This document shows positions 46,500-58,850 of a DNA stretch of 64,000 nt, piece by piece (the stretch's first letter is position 1; each line of letters opens with the position of its first letter). The translations under genes and the position numbers were made by a program. Where the stretch lies: the NCBI GenBank assembly GCA_013265495.1, contig MU060401.1, positions 2,108,001-2,172,000 of the forward strand, given 5' to 3'. The notes beneath the pieces were generated by a model, which was not told the DNA's origin, did not search any database, and worked only from the letters and a program-made list of their open reading frames with translations. The DNA is from Vicugna vicugna (Eukaryota).

Positions 46500-48320
46500 C
46501 ATCAGAAAAAGCAGTATACCCTGAGAGAATCAGACCTAACTATCTAGACACTTGCCTGTTATCTCTTAATACCAGTGAGAGTCAGAGAGACGGTCTGTTT
46601 TTAACCCTGGAGTTGATAGCTTAATCAGACCGATGCGGTTTTAAGACCAGGAGGTGGGGAATGATGCAGGAATACAGATGGCTTAATGACATCCGGCTGG
46701 AGCCTGAGTCTGTCAGGACACCAGCTTTATGTTGGGTGGCTAAGTAGAAAGGTCACACCCCAGCCGTCCTTATCCCAAAGGAGAATCACACCCTTTAATG
46801 TGGAAATTCCATAGTCCTTACTGACAAAGAGTTGGTGTCCCTGTACATTTTTTTCCTCCGTATTTGAGTCTGACTCTCCCTGCACAAGTAGGTGACCCCA
46901 GAGTTGCACTGTGGTTGCAGCCCGGGAGAGAAGGCAACGTCGGGCCCAGACCTGGCTGCAAAGATGGTGATCGCCGCACACTTTAGCAGCCACGTAAGAA
47001 CCAGTCCCTCAGTATCCGCACTGTTGAAATGGACACTCATTACCATTCTTGTGGTGGTAAACCACCTCACCTAACCACTTGGGCAACACCTGGCTGCAAG
47101 ATGGAAGACTAAACCCTAGTTAGAACTGGTCCAACTTTGGGAAATCCATGCTGGTCACATCCCGAGCTCATCCCAGGGGCCAGTAAGGAGAATAATTGGT
47201 CATTTTAGTAGACGCCTTCATCTTGCAATAATCTCCACCAACCTATTTAATAGAAGCGGTCTTTTGGCCGGGAACTGAATTCACCGTGGCCGAGACTCCA
47301 CGGCCAAAGTGACAGCCTGACTCCTTATGGGCCAAGAGTAGCTAACTTTCCTTGGGAAGTGACAAAAGTCAAGAGGAGAAGGGGATGGCAGAGAAATGCA
47401 CTCAGCTGGGCATGCTAGTGAGTATTTATGATCTCACCACATGGGTGTTGCTACCACCACCAGTCCTGGATAATATGTGGCTTGTTGAAATGGGACAGAC
47501 GCACCCACTTCCCATGTCTTTACAATTTTCCCCCCTAAACAGAATCAGAGCGCTTAAGAGGCTAGTTACGTGGCTGTGGCCAAAAAAATACAAAGTGAGC
47601 ATGGGTATTGGGTCTGAAAGCGAACAGGCGTGCAAAGCCAAGACCTCAGGGTCCTAGATGAGAGGTGGTTAGGCAGGCTTCACTGGCTGATCGACACGGG
47701 AAAGGAAGTCCCCAGCTGATGAAAAGGCGGGACACTTCCCTTATCTCACAGCTGGCTCCTTAAAATCCAAAGACAGACCCCAATATTTCTTCCTTTGTTC
47801 CTCCCGAAGTCTCTGCTAATTGGTTTTTGTTTCAGGGCTGAGTTCTGAAGAAGGAAGGAGCCTGTAGCAGAAAAGTGCCACCACCCCCGGAATGAAGACC
47901 CTCGGCCATCCCGGGCAGAGCTGTCACTACCGGCCACGTTGGCTGATGGCTCCCCGCCCGAGTGCCTTTCTTTCCTTCTCTCTCTGCTGGAGCACTTTCC
48001 TTCCATCTCCCCTTCTGAGTAGGAAAGCGGGGCTGCTCGCTTGGCCCCTCTGTGTCTGCTGTGTGAATTCCCTCACAGCCGGCGGCCAGGACGCACGCTT
48101 TTGGAGGGCTTCCTAATTTAGGGTCCCTCCATCCACTAAAGACATATTCAGCGAGCTTGAAATATCTCGTGTTTGCAGGATTCCTATTTGGCAAGCGGGA
48201 GCTAACTTGAACAGAAGGGTTTACAGCACTAAGACACTTAGTCTAGAGATTCAAAAGGGGAGGAAAAATCAGATCTGTTAGACTCCACGATAGAATTCAA
48301 AAGGAGCCATTTTATTTTGA
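46500..48320. mobile_element. Probable ERV internal-type sequence, unclassified
   Basis: No MIR or L2 interruptions, leader-like composition, adjoins the LTR cluster; no decisive motif found. Confidence 0.3.
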
Positions 48321-48601
48321 TTCAATGTTAAATGAGTTACGTGAAATATCAGGTGAACCATTTGAGGGGCTCAAAGATTCATCCCGCAGTTTAGTCAAAG
48401 GGGAGGAGCTTCCCTTACAATTGCTAGACGTTCATCTCATGTCTTCATCACCCTTTGTGATGAAGACCCTCAGACGTATGCCTCCAGGAACGCCATAAAA
48501 ACGCCCACCATCTACGTGGGGTCTTTTTTAACCTGAACATTATCAGGAAGAACCAATGACTTTTTGAAGAGTCTATGTTGGTAATCTTGCAGATTATCCC
48601 C

Positions 48602-49697
48602 TGTGATGCTGTAATACAAATACGCATTTGGTCTTGGTCCACCGTCCAGGCACATAGCTCCTAAAACCCTTCTAGAGGAAGTTATGAGAGCTGTTGGAAC
48701 ACCTTTTATTATAATGTTTAATTTTGTTTCTAGTTCCTGAAGTAGATCTAGAGCTAAAGAGGTAAACCAGGTGTCTTCTGTTATTCATAATAAGCCCCTT
48801 TCAACCACACTGTTATGCTAACGGCGTGACTTCTGGATAGCCTTTAAGAGGGGGGCTGATTGCCAGGGGAACCAACTTTAGGATTAGAGAGTTCGAAGTC
48901 TTGGAACGCTATCCTTTGTGCTTTTACGGAAGTTTTATTATGTAGGCGTGACTGACCTGATCACTCATAACCGGCGACATAACCGAGCTCCAGCCCCTTT
49001 CTCCTCCCCGGAGGTGGAGGTGATGAGCAGGGCTGGCTGGAATTTCCGCGTTGGTAAAACACATGGATGTGCTGGGAGGGTGGTACTCCTGGGGCGGACG
49101 CGGCAGCTCCACGCCCCTCCCTCACATACCTTGCCACCTCTCTCTCTCTTCCATCTGGAGATGCGAGTTAAACCCTTTTACAATAAACTAGTTGTCTGGT
49201 AGACGTCGAGGTTCCGGGAGCTGCTTGAGCAAGTTAAACAAACTTAAGGAGGGGACCACGGGAACCACGGATTAAACAGACAGTTCATCAAAAGCGTCGG
49301 TAACAACCTGGAATTGTGATTGGTGGGTGAAGCGGGAGGTGGACAGATCTGCTGCTTGCACCCAGATGCTGCTGCAGGATGGCTTTGTGTGTGGAAAAAT
49401 CCACGTATCTGGTATCAGAGGTAAAAAAGAACTGCTGATGCCTGGACAACATGGGGGTCGGGACGCTGACCCTACGTGCGGTTGAAAAAAAAATCCACGT
49501 GTGATTTATGATCGGCTCGCCGTGTACGTGGTCCCTCCTTATTTGCGGTTCTGCATCTGCAACTGCGACTGATCTTTGACCACCTACCATTAGTATTTAC
49601 CACTAAAAGAGCGTAAGTGGACCTGCGCAGGTCAAATCCATCCTGTTCAAGGGGTCTATCGTAGTAGAGTATTGAGTGGAAGGAACAGTCCCTTACA
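48602..49697 (+). mobile_element. MER21-type LTR with internal inversion and nested MER8
   Basis: tgtgatgctgtaa...tttggtctt...gctcctaaaaccctt...gttattcataataagcccctttcaaccacac...cttccatctgg...taacaacctgg. Confidence 0.85.
49432..49661. mobile_element. MER8 (TcMar-Tigger MITE)
   Basis: ggacaacatgggggtcgggacgctgacc...aaatccacgt...gcggttctgcatctgc...aagtggacctgcgcaggtcaaa...tgttcaagggg. Confidence 0.8.
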
Positions 49698-50011
49698 TTC
49701 TGGATTAGAATGTCAGAAGTTTGACACAGGGCTGGACACAGGTCTTCCAAGTTCCTACCTTGCCGACACGCGGAACGCTTGGAGGGAACCAAGGTTAAAG
49801 ACCCGACTTGAAAGAAAACGCCATCCCCTGACCACACCACCTCCATGTGGAGGCAACACTGAGAACATACAGAGAAAGGCAAACCCATGAGTGGTGTGTG
49901 GCCTTTAGTGATGAGTTTTTGATGCAGGAGCACCGGGTAACCAGAGCAGAGCTCTACCTCGCAGACCCTCAAAGCAAGTGACCATAAAGGGGAAAATTGG
50001 ACCCTTCCTAC

Positions 50012-50358
50012 TGTAAGTAAACCTCAATTAAAGTTGGGAGGCCAGAAAGGGAGGCTCTCATGCCCCACAGTGATGGCAGAGCCCAACACGAGCACTTGTT
50101 TGGCAAGAGCCCAGCCAATGAGGCTGCCATAACTCAGACAAAGAGAAGTCATTTACTTAAAGCTCTCAGCTCCTCCAGTGGACTGTTTCCAACAGCCTTT
50201 CAACTTCCCTTTCTCCTCTATAAAAGAGTTTGCTCCTTCTTGCACGAGACTTGCACATGGCTGACCGTGGATGCAGACCCTGAGTCGCCCCTCTCTGCTC
50301 ATTCTGTATAGATCCAGCTTTTCTGGAGAAATACGCAGCAGTGTACTTAAGGTGAGCA
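50012..50358 (+). mobile_element. ERV1 5' LTR
   Basis: TG...CA termini, CCAAT at 50115-50119, TATAAAA at 50219-50225, followed directly by a PBS. Confidence 0.8.
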
Positions 50359-50361
50359 TTT

Positions 50362-50379
50362 TCATGGCCCATACAGGGG
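50362..50379 (+). other. Primer-binding site, tRNA-Ile
   Basis: tcatggcccatacagggg versus TGGTGGCCCGTACGGGGA: 13 of 18 match, two mismatches are CpG-to-CpA decay. Confidence 0.7.
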
Positions 50380-50434
50380 TCCAGAGAAGACCCTTGATGG
50401 CTCAGGCTTGGAGAAACATTTCTCTAGGATGGAG

Positions 50435-51878
50435 ATGAGTCTCCTCTCATCCTAGTTGGCACCAGAGCCCATCTCGGGGGTCAACCCCACAACCACAATG
50501 GAGCCCCCGCCTCGGAGTCCTGGGACAGTTCAAAAAGTGGGGATTACTCATCAATCAGGAGGTTCCTGTCTCTGAACTTTCCCCTTTTGTTGAGGTTCTG
50601 AAATACAAACCCTTCTCTTAGTTGCTCTGCTCCTACCCATTAGGTAGAGAATTCTTAGGAAAGTTTCATGCTGGAATTTCTCTCTCAAAAGGGAACAATT
50701 CTAGGATTTGACAGTCAAAGTACCAACCAGGTGAATTGGTGACCCTTGGACATCTTTTATTTGCTCCCTCTCTGATGGTACTGGAAGTCGATTCTGAAAA
50801 CACTGATTGTTTGTCCCTGTTGAATCAGCTACCACGCGCCTCGTGGGCAAAACCTCCAACTGATACGGGCAAAATTTACATTCAGTGTACCCGCATTAAG
50901 ATGCAGCTAGATTCCTCCACACTTCTCCCCAGAATGTGCCGATACCCTAATTAAGGCACAGAAGCCCTTCAAGGTATGAAGCCTGTGACAGATTAAGGTT
51001 CAAGGCCTCATTATCCCTTGTACTAGGCCCTGTAACTCTCCTGGGTCACAAGTGAGAAAACCTAAGGGCCAAGGGTGGAAAAGCACAGAACCCCCAGGGA
51101 GTAAGGCCTTGCCATCCCCTCCACACCCTGCTGTCCCCAAGCCTTGACTGCTACTAGCATCCATTCCCCCCGGAAGCAAGTTCTTTGCTGTAATGGATGG
51201 ATGCACTGCATTCTCTGGGATTCTAGTTGGTGAAGCTAGCCGGTACCTTTTGCCTTTAGCTGGGAAGAAAAAGGGTTCGCCCGGAAAGCTGATGCTTCTG
51301 GGTTTTACTGAGAATCCTTATTTCTCGTGAGTCCTGCAGGCTGATCTGGATAATGTGACATTCCCCAGGGGTTCTGCTTTGTTTCAGTACGTGGATGACT
51401 GGCTTCTTTGCTCTCCTTTCTCAAGCCTCCTCACGGGGAGACAGCATCTATCTGTTAGAGCTTTTTAGCCTTAAAGGGACCCAAGGTTGCCAGCCAAGGA
51501 CCGCAGCCTGCCCGAACCTAGGCTCGGTATTTAAGGCATCTGATTTACCAGGACAAGAACCACACTGAGATCCGGATGGGACACCACGAAGTCTAAATTT
51601 CCCCAACCCCAACTAAGCAGCAGCTGCAAGGTTTTCTCGGGTTAGCTAGTTGTTGCCGAAACTGGTTTCCAGATATATCTTTTATGGCCAAACCTCTGTG
51701 CATTTTGAAGAGCCACCACCCCTACACAAGTTTATGAAAAAAATCTGATGACACAGGCTTTCAAGTTTGATGAACCCACCTGCTCTTGGGCATCCCAACT
51801 GTCAGATTCTCTTCCTTTCATATGTGAAGAAGGGAAGGCCCCTGGTGTTCATCAAAAAACATGGGGACCACCATCAAC
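50435..51878 (+). pseudogene. Decayed HERV-I-like pro-pol (protease, RT, connection), frameshifted
   Basis: Degenerate DTG motif (LVGTRA) near 50452-50469; EVPVSE...GREFLGKFHAGIS; LPRASWAKPPTDTGKI; FAVMDGCTAF; FPRGSALFQYVDD (YVDD 51388-51399); QQLQGFLGLASCCRNW; PPALGHPN; QKHGDHH. Confidence 0.9.
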
Positions 51879-53542
51879 TCAGGAGAGGAAATGACGTCCC
51901 TTATAATGGATAGATGCTCATCTTTACTAAGTGACCAGACTCTGTTTCATCGATAGTAACCACCCCCACCCCTCCCCAGCATTTACCTCTAGGTGTGATG
52001 CTGTAAAGAAATAGCCATTACTTACATGGGATTCTTGCCAAGAAGTATTTAACCTGAAGCCAAACAAGAAGGAGCCAATGACCCTGAGACCAGAGTAGTA
52101 CCTCTTTCTGGACTAGTTCCTCCAAGGAAAGAAACCTTTTGAGGGCTTTTAATTTCACTGCAGGATAGCCCATCTCATGTCAGGAGGTCAGTCTAGCCCA
52201 TTCGGAGGCCCAGGCATAGTGAGAAAGTTACAGCTGACTTACTGTTAACCACAAAGGCACTGAATAAGCGATCACATATTTAGCAAAGGGCGAGGTGGGA
52301 AGGGGGGGTGGGGTGGAGCGTGCAGGCTGTTCTTCGGAACATCCCTGCTCGTCCCGCCGAGGCCCCAGCAGCAGCAGGCATTTAGCCATTTCTTTCTTCC
52401 ATGCGGGGTTTACTCCGTGGTCTCCAGGAATCCATGGTCAGTACATCCGGGAACTAGGCTTCTAAGGTAACTGCATAAAAGCTTCTCCCTTCAGGCAGCT
52501 CTAAGACCATCAGAACACGAAGCTGCTCTCTAATGTCAAGTTTCTCCAGCCTTAAAGCTCCATGGCCAACTAGTCTACCCCCTCCCCTAGGATGAGAGCT
52601 TAGGGCCCTTCTTATCTGAGAGCCAGTGGACAGATCGATTTAGTGGTGACAGTCCCTTTCGTTTGGTAACGTCCCCAAAGGACAGTCACGTCAGATGTGC
52701 AAGAGGTACATTCAGGGAGACTTGACATGGTGAGCCGTTCAGCAACGCCTCTGGAAAGGCACAGAACAGCACCCGGAGCTCTCACCGCACTCCTGCCCAG
52801 ACTCCTCCCTCCAAACGCCCTGCAGGCATGGCCTTCAAGCAGAGGAGCAACATCATTGCTCCTTTACTAAGAGGGAAAGCCATCACACTGAGAACTGGGG
52901 GTTTTTCATGGTTGAAGGGGGTTGAACAGTGGCCCCCAAAGATATCCCCTACGGGGTAACCCTCAGAACATGCACAGATGATCGGCGTACCAGTCAGCGA
53001 GGCCTGCATTGTTAGATCCTGGTTTGTCTTAAGGAACAGGCCAGTCATGGCGCCATCTCCAGAACACAGCACAAGGGGACGAGGGGGTGTACGGTGTGGC
53101 CTGCACCCCGACAGTGGAACAGCATGAATCTATCTGCTTATATTAAGCCAAACTTTGAGTCTTTGGCCCCCCTCCAAATTTAAGTGGGAGCGATCTGCAG
53201 AGAAAGGCAATAGGATTGACCTCACTTGGAAAATGGTGCTGCCCCCTGTCCACACACCTCCATGTGGATCTGATACCTCAAGCACAAGGAGGAAGCAGGC
53301 ACACAGTGGGCGTGGTCCCTTCTGTGACTGCAAGGTCTTGGATGTGGGGACTTTACAGGGCAAGGCCTCTGAGATGGGAAAACCAAGTGGCGGGGGAAGC
53401 TGGAGTCCAGTTGCACGAGACCAGGGTACCCTCTGCCCCCACCACCTGCACCCCGTGCACAGAGAGAAGCCCAGCTATGATTTGAGAATAATTCCCTCAA
53501 AATCAGTGGGCAGAAGCTTGGGGTAGAACACAGGCTGCTGCA

Positions 53543-53566
53543 GGGTCGGGGTGGGGGTGGGGAGGG
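53543..53566 (+). other. G-quadruplex-forming motif
   Basis: GGG TC GGGG T GGGGG T GGGG A GGG. Confidence 0.65.
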
Positions 53567-56329
53567 TCACGTCTCTTGCTCAGAATAACTATGCTGCTTT
53601 TCCAATCATTAAAATACACATGTAACTTCCTTACACCACATTCGAGGCAATTTTAGCTCACAGCCTAATTTCTGCAGGTTTATGTGGCCAATGATCTTCT
53701 CAGGTGGTTTTCTGTCCCCAACCAGGGTATCTTGCTGTGTCCGCCATGAAATCAGGCAGCGGTCTTCCCATCTTGACCACGAGGTGAAAGAGTGACAGGC
53801 ATCCTGGCGCAGACCCACAGAGAATCCCTCCAAGGCGGGCCAACTGAGCACCTTCAAGGACAGAGCTGGGGCAGGGGAGCTCACGGGAGCCAGAGCGAGG
53901 ATGGCTTAACAAGCCAGTTCTGAGACCAGTAACAGCACGTACGGCATAGTCCCCCAGAGCATCCTGGCAGAGACAGCAGTGAAAAGAACAGCAGAGGTGA
54001 GGCTGCCGGGGGGACAGCACTGAGCAAGGTGTCTTACAGCCGAGACGGGCTAGAGAAACACGGAAGTCCTCGAAGGCAATCCCACATATGCCGGAGCCCT
54101 GGTGCCAAAACGACCGTGGCAGACGGGCGTCCCCATCTCTATTCACAAACCAGGCCATGTTCGGGGTCTTTTTCTCGGCCACAAGCACTGGCTTGAACAA
54201 AGCCATGGGAATCTAGAACAGGACGACACTGAGTGGGTACCCACTCGAGACAGCGACCTCCAAGCAAATGGGTCCAGGTGTCAGTAAAATCCTATGGAAG
54301 GCTGGCCAGCTCATCGGCCAGGCAGCCTCCCTTGGAAGGGAAGGACAGCAAAGACGTGAAGAGATCAAAGGAAGCGCCCTTCGTTGTCTCAGCCCTGGTT
54401 CTCTTTAAAGGGATCTGGAAGATGCTCTGTGGCAGCAGACCACTGTCACTGGAGACAGTCACGTGAACACCTGGGCTACAACAAAAGCAAGGGTGGAAGC
54501 CACTCAGGCGTGGCGACAACAGCGCTGGGACCAGCTGCTCACGCACCTGTTGTGGCCCAGGCTTCCCCTGCAGAATGACCCAGGGTGGATGCCCTTTGCA
54601 GACCTTATCCTCCGTGTGCACAACCAGGTGATCTTCAGGCGTGCCTCACCCAACAGCCCCATTCCTGGCCTTCTCCCCTCCCCAGCCTGCTCCTCCTCTG
54701 CCCTTAGTGGCTACCTCTACCCCTGCTGCAGAGGAGCTACAAGGAAAGTTCCAGAGGGACTGGTGAGGCCAACGTGTTTTTGTCCTTCATGCTTGGTTTT
54801 CCCCGAGAGTGAAATGCAGAGAAGCAGGGGAGGCCCCCTGCACCAGGAAATGCACTGGGAAGATTCCCCATTTATCACGTGCCACTTGCCCTAGAGCCAC
54901 CATGGGAGCGGCCCCTGAGGACCCCGAGCGCACACACCTGCTCCTCCCTCCCGGCCTCAGCAGCAGCGAGGTCCTCATTCACTTCTGCTTCCCCATCCGC
55001 ACCAGGATTGGTCAAGGACACTCCACTGACACTGCGTCCCTGCACAGATGAGGAGCTCAGGGCTTCGGCTGTCTTTGCAGGAGATTCTTGGGAGAAGGGA
55101 GTAGAGGTTTTGCCAGCGACAGCAGGTGAAAGCCAGCTTATTTGAGACTTTCCCACCCCAAATGGAGCCACATGCTCCAAACTGCCCCTCCCAGGGGTCA
55201 GATCCCTCCTGCAGCCAGCAGCAGTTTTCTCTTTTTCCTTCCTAGTGCGATGTAGGTGCTCTGCCAGGCGGATGGCCTCGAGGAGAATCCTTAGAGAAAC
55301 TTTGGGCACCAACTTATCCCTAAACCCAGGGGACATTCCTCTGATGCTTTATATAGTCTGAAGCCACAAACACTAGTGAAGACCTTTAAGTCCCTGGCGT
55401 ACGGAACTGACTCCGTATTTGTTTGTGACCCATGTATCTGGAAATCAAGCTTCAGGAACATAGAAATCTAGAGGTAAATATGAATAGGAAGGAACTAAAA
55501 TTTGTTTTTCAAGAGTGGGAAATTCTAAAGAGGAGGGTCCCCATGAATCAAGTGCACCAGCTGAGCAGACAGAATCAAGTCAAGACAAGCTCATGATACA
55601 CTTTAACTTCTCCAGTATCTAAGAAGTTCAAGCATCAGAAAGCAAGGAGAGAAATTATCTGAGCTCCCTTTATCCCAAACCCGTACTTTGGGAGAAGAGT
55701 AACAAGGGACTGGAAGGCCAGATGCTGCGCCCTCGGGGACATCCTTCCCTGCCATGGGTACCCAGGGCCACCGAGATGTCCGGTATTAGCCATACCTGGA
55801 AAGGCTCCAGGCAAGGGTGCCATGACCCCCATCAGCACCTGTTCCCCTGGGGGCCAACTGCCTGTGAGCAGCGAGCAGGCTTGGAGTCTTTGAGAAAACC
55901 TGTCTTCTCAGATCAGCTTCAGGGAGAACGCTGCCGTGATCTCTGCACCTCCTCCATGTCTGATTGCTCTGGCATTTGAGTTTAATCCCTCCTTTCTAAG
56001 CTAATGCAAAACAAACACCATGCTCGCTTTCTTCTTTAGAGACAGAGATCCCATCTGTGCCTCCCTAGCAGCAGGAAAACAGACTTCTGCTCTCCTGGGT
56101 CAGGGAGGAGACACTCAAGAGATGGCCCACTCCCGAGCCCCTACCCTCCCCCTCATTCCTGAAGCCAGAGGCTGGAGCCACTGTCAGCTCTCATTAGAGG
56201 AGCCGAGGGTCCTTGCTCCCATTCTTAAAATGGCAATGATGGGGTAATCACCTCCACAGGGGGTCAGGCTGGGGATGGGCGCTGTGGCCCAAGTATTCAG
56301 GCTCATTAAGACCCAATCCAGGAGATGCT

Positions 56330-58160
56330 ACTTGTCCCTCTGCACTGAGCAATTATGACCAGCTTTGTTCACATCTCTCATCATAGCCCAGAAACTAATT
56401 GATCCCGAGTCTGGAGGCTCTATCCTGGGGGATGCAGAGGCATTATAGGAATAATAAAGGTACGTGGCATGGGGCACTAAGTTTTGAGTTCCCCCAAAGT
56501 GGTTTCTCTTAAGATACATCATTTTGGACATCATTTTGGGCATGAACCCATTTGGCAGGGGGGCAGGGACAGCCTTGTCAATCCAGTTGCAACAGGCTTG
56601 GAAAAGTCTGAGCATCTAATTAGTTTGGTCATTTTGATAAGATGTCCATTCAGGACCAAGTATGGTAAGGTTAGCTGAAAGTAAACTGGAGTTTAAAGGG
56701 TATGGTCCCAGGAGCACAGTGGCCAGGGAAGGGGCCCAGAGAAGGTCAGGAAACCAATAAACTTTTCCAAGAGCAGATGATGCCAGAGAGGAGATTCATA
56801 ATGAACCAACTGCACCAGCCCCACAAGCTGGGCAGCTACTGTCAAGCTCTGTCTTTACTTGTGTTTTTGACTTTAGGTTTTCAGCATCTCAGAAAGCACA
56901 GTGCCTCTTATCTTCCACTTGGTCTCCAGGTCAGGTTTGATGTTGATCTGGAGACAGCACAGGTCCCGTAAACATTCCTGCAGGAGTCTCATGGCCCCCA
57001 CAGTGAAGTCTGCAGGACTCTCTACAGATCACTGTTCCCCTTTCCGGTAAATTCAGGCCCGGGAGAATTTAAGAAAGGGAGGTTCAGAGAATGGCACAAT
57101 GCCAGCCAAGATGGCAGCTTTCTCCAGAAACCAAGAGGCAAGCTGAAGGGATTGGGATATTCCAAGAGGCCAGCAGAATTGGCATGATGACTCCAGCCTC
57201 CGGGCCAGGTCAGGACAGCTCGACAGCAGTCTACAGCTGCAGGGGGGGTTCTGTCTCTGCCCCCACCAGTTTCTTGACTCAAGGAGCCTCTGGCTTTAGC
57301 AAAGGATTAGATCCATTCAACTCTAACTTGCTTGTCTAAATAAGCCAGTCGTAACCTGCCTTCACGGATCAAGCTTGCTTTAGCTGTTCTTACTGTGCAG
57401 CCTCCAAGCTTCCTACTGCTTGTTCCACGACCCTTTAACTGCCCCCTGTAGTTAACACCTCACATGGACCACTATAGCAACGGTTGCTTACATCGTTTTT
57501 CAGGAAATTGGGGCTCGTTCTTGCCCAGCTCAAGGTGGTCGAGAACACCAGCCATTCAACTAGGCCTGCGTGAGTGTCCAGTGGAGGACCTTTCGACATC
57601 AGAGGGCCAAAGTCTACATCCAGATCATGTTAACGCTACCATTTCTGAGCGCACATCCCATGGAGAAGCACGGGACTCACACCTGAGCAGAGAAGCTGTC
57701 CCAAGGACACACACAGCTGTGTGCAATGGCGGTTTGAGCTTGCCCAAAGTGAACCCTCAGAATAGTAACAGGACAAGTGCTCTTACCTGCAGGCCATTTT
57801 CCACCTCCCTACATGAAGTAGATACTGGATAAATTCAAAAGGAAAGATCAGACCAACAGTGCCCAGAGGAAGGATGTCAGAACCAACTGCATATCCAAGC
57901 TGAACTGTGTCAACCTGCAAGTCATGTTGAGCTTGTGCCAGCTAGCCATTGAGCGGCATGCACCCTTCCTCCAGTCTAGAGATGGGTCTCGGTTGCCGTG
58001 CAGCAACCAGGAGCCAGATCCCCGTAGCCACAGTGACTGGCTCCTGGAATCCAGGCCCAAGGTCATCAGCAGTCAGCTCCCGGCATTTCCCAATCGGGGC
58101 AAAATTCACACCGTTGCTGGACTTGGGTCCGTGGTCTCTTGCCTCCTGGAGGGCAGAGCT
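56330..58160 (-). mobile_element. Possible ERV1 internal remnant (leader / gag matrix)
   Basis: Adjoins a MER34-type LTR in the same orientation; minus-strand CAG|GTAAGA donor-like site near 57785; KW...PLWG resembling the matrix WPxWGTF motif near 56480-56555. Confidence 0.3.
56516..56539. repeat. 12-bp perfect tandem duplication
   Basis: acatcattttgg x2. Confidence 0.9.
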
Positions 58161-58164
58161 GAGG

Positions 58165-58521
58165 GAAGGTTGGGGAGCCACCACTTTTTCCAGCTAAAGA
58201 GAAGATGCGGGGGTGGAGGGGGAGTCAGTTATGGGGGGGGTCACCCGGAAAAGCACAGTCAATAGTGTTAATGCAGATTTAAGTTGTTGCCTTCTGCATT
58301 GGTAAGAGTTCCTAGAGACGAGGCCACCCTTTTCCTGATGCAGGAGGGAGACACCCTGCAAAGGGAGCTTCCAAGTATATTTGTAATCTTAGAAGACCCT
58401 TTGTAAAAGATTGTGTAATTTCTGCTTGGTTTTCTGTTTCTTCCATGTCTGCTGTTAAATTACCAGCGTAAAATAATCCTTATACCAAAGAGATTGTGGG
58501 GTCACGAGTTGCACCCCTACG
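58165..58521 (-). mobile_element. MER34-type ERV1 LTR
   Basis: ggagacaccctgcaaaggga...tctgctgtt...aaaataatccttataccaaag. Confidence 0.75.
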
Positions 58522-58654
58522 AGTCAATATTCATATCATCTGCACGGGTAGGTTTCAAAACTAACTCCTCATCGCAATGCCTTATGGGGCCAGGCTGGGT
58601 ACCTCCCCCAGGGAAGCCCCAGATTTTATAAACGAGTTTGTATAAAAAACATTA

Positions 58655-58850
58655 AAAACTCAGTTTGCTACATGCTGGGCGTGTTCTAAGCACTTTGTTT
58701 TACTTCAGAGTGTTTTGAGGACTAAGCAAAGTGTGTTCTTCCTCATCTGTATCTAAGGCGGCTGAGGCACAGATGTGTTAAGTAACTTGTCCAAAGTCAC
58801 ACAGCAGGATGGTGGTCAGGCAGGAGTCTCACTCCAGCTTCCGGTCCCAG
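58655..58850 (-). mobile_element. MIR SINE
   Basis: tgctgggcgtgttctaagcacttt...ctgaggcacagatgtgttaagtaacttgtccaaagtcacacagc. Confidence 0.8.

Noticed and set aside
45318-50078. Shared 15-mer cccacagtgatggca near 45318 and 50064
   Set aside because: About two exact 15-mer pairs are expected by chance; flanks do not align.
56922-56955. 12-bp hairpin as possible pre-miRNA
   Set aside because: Stem far too short for Drosha/Dicer processing.
58170-58185. tRNA-Asp-like PBS (tggctcccc, minus strand)
   Set aside because: Only 9 nt match and it falls within MER34-type LTR sequence.
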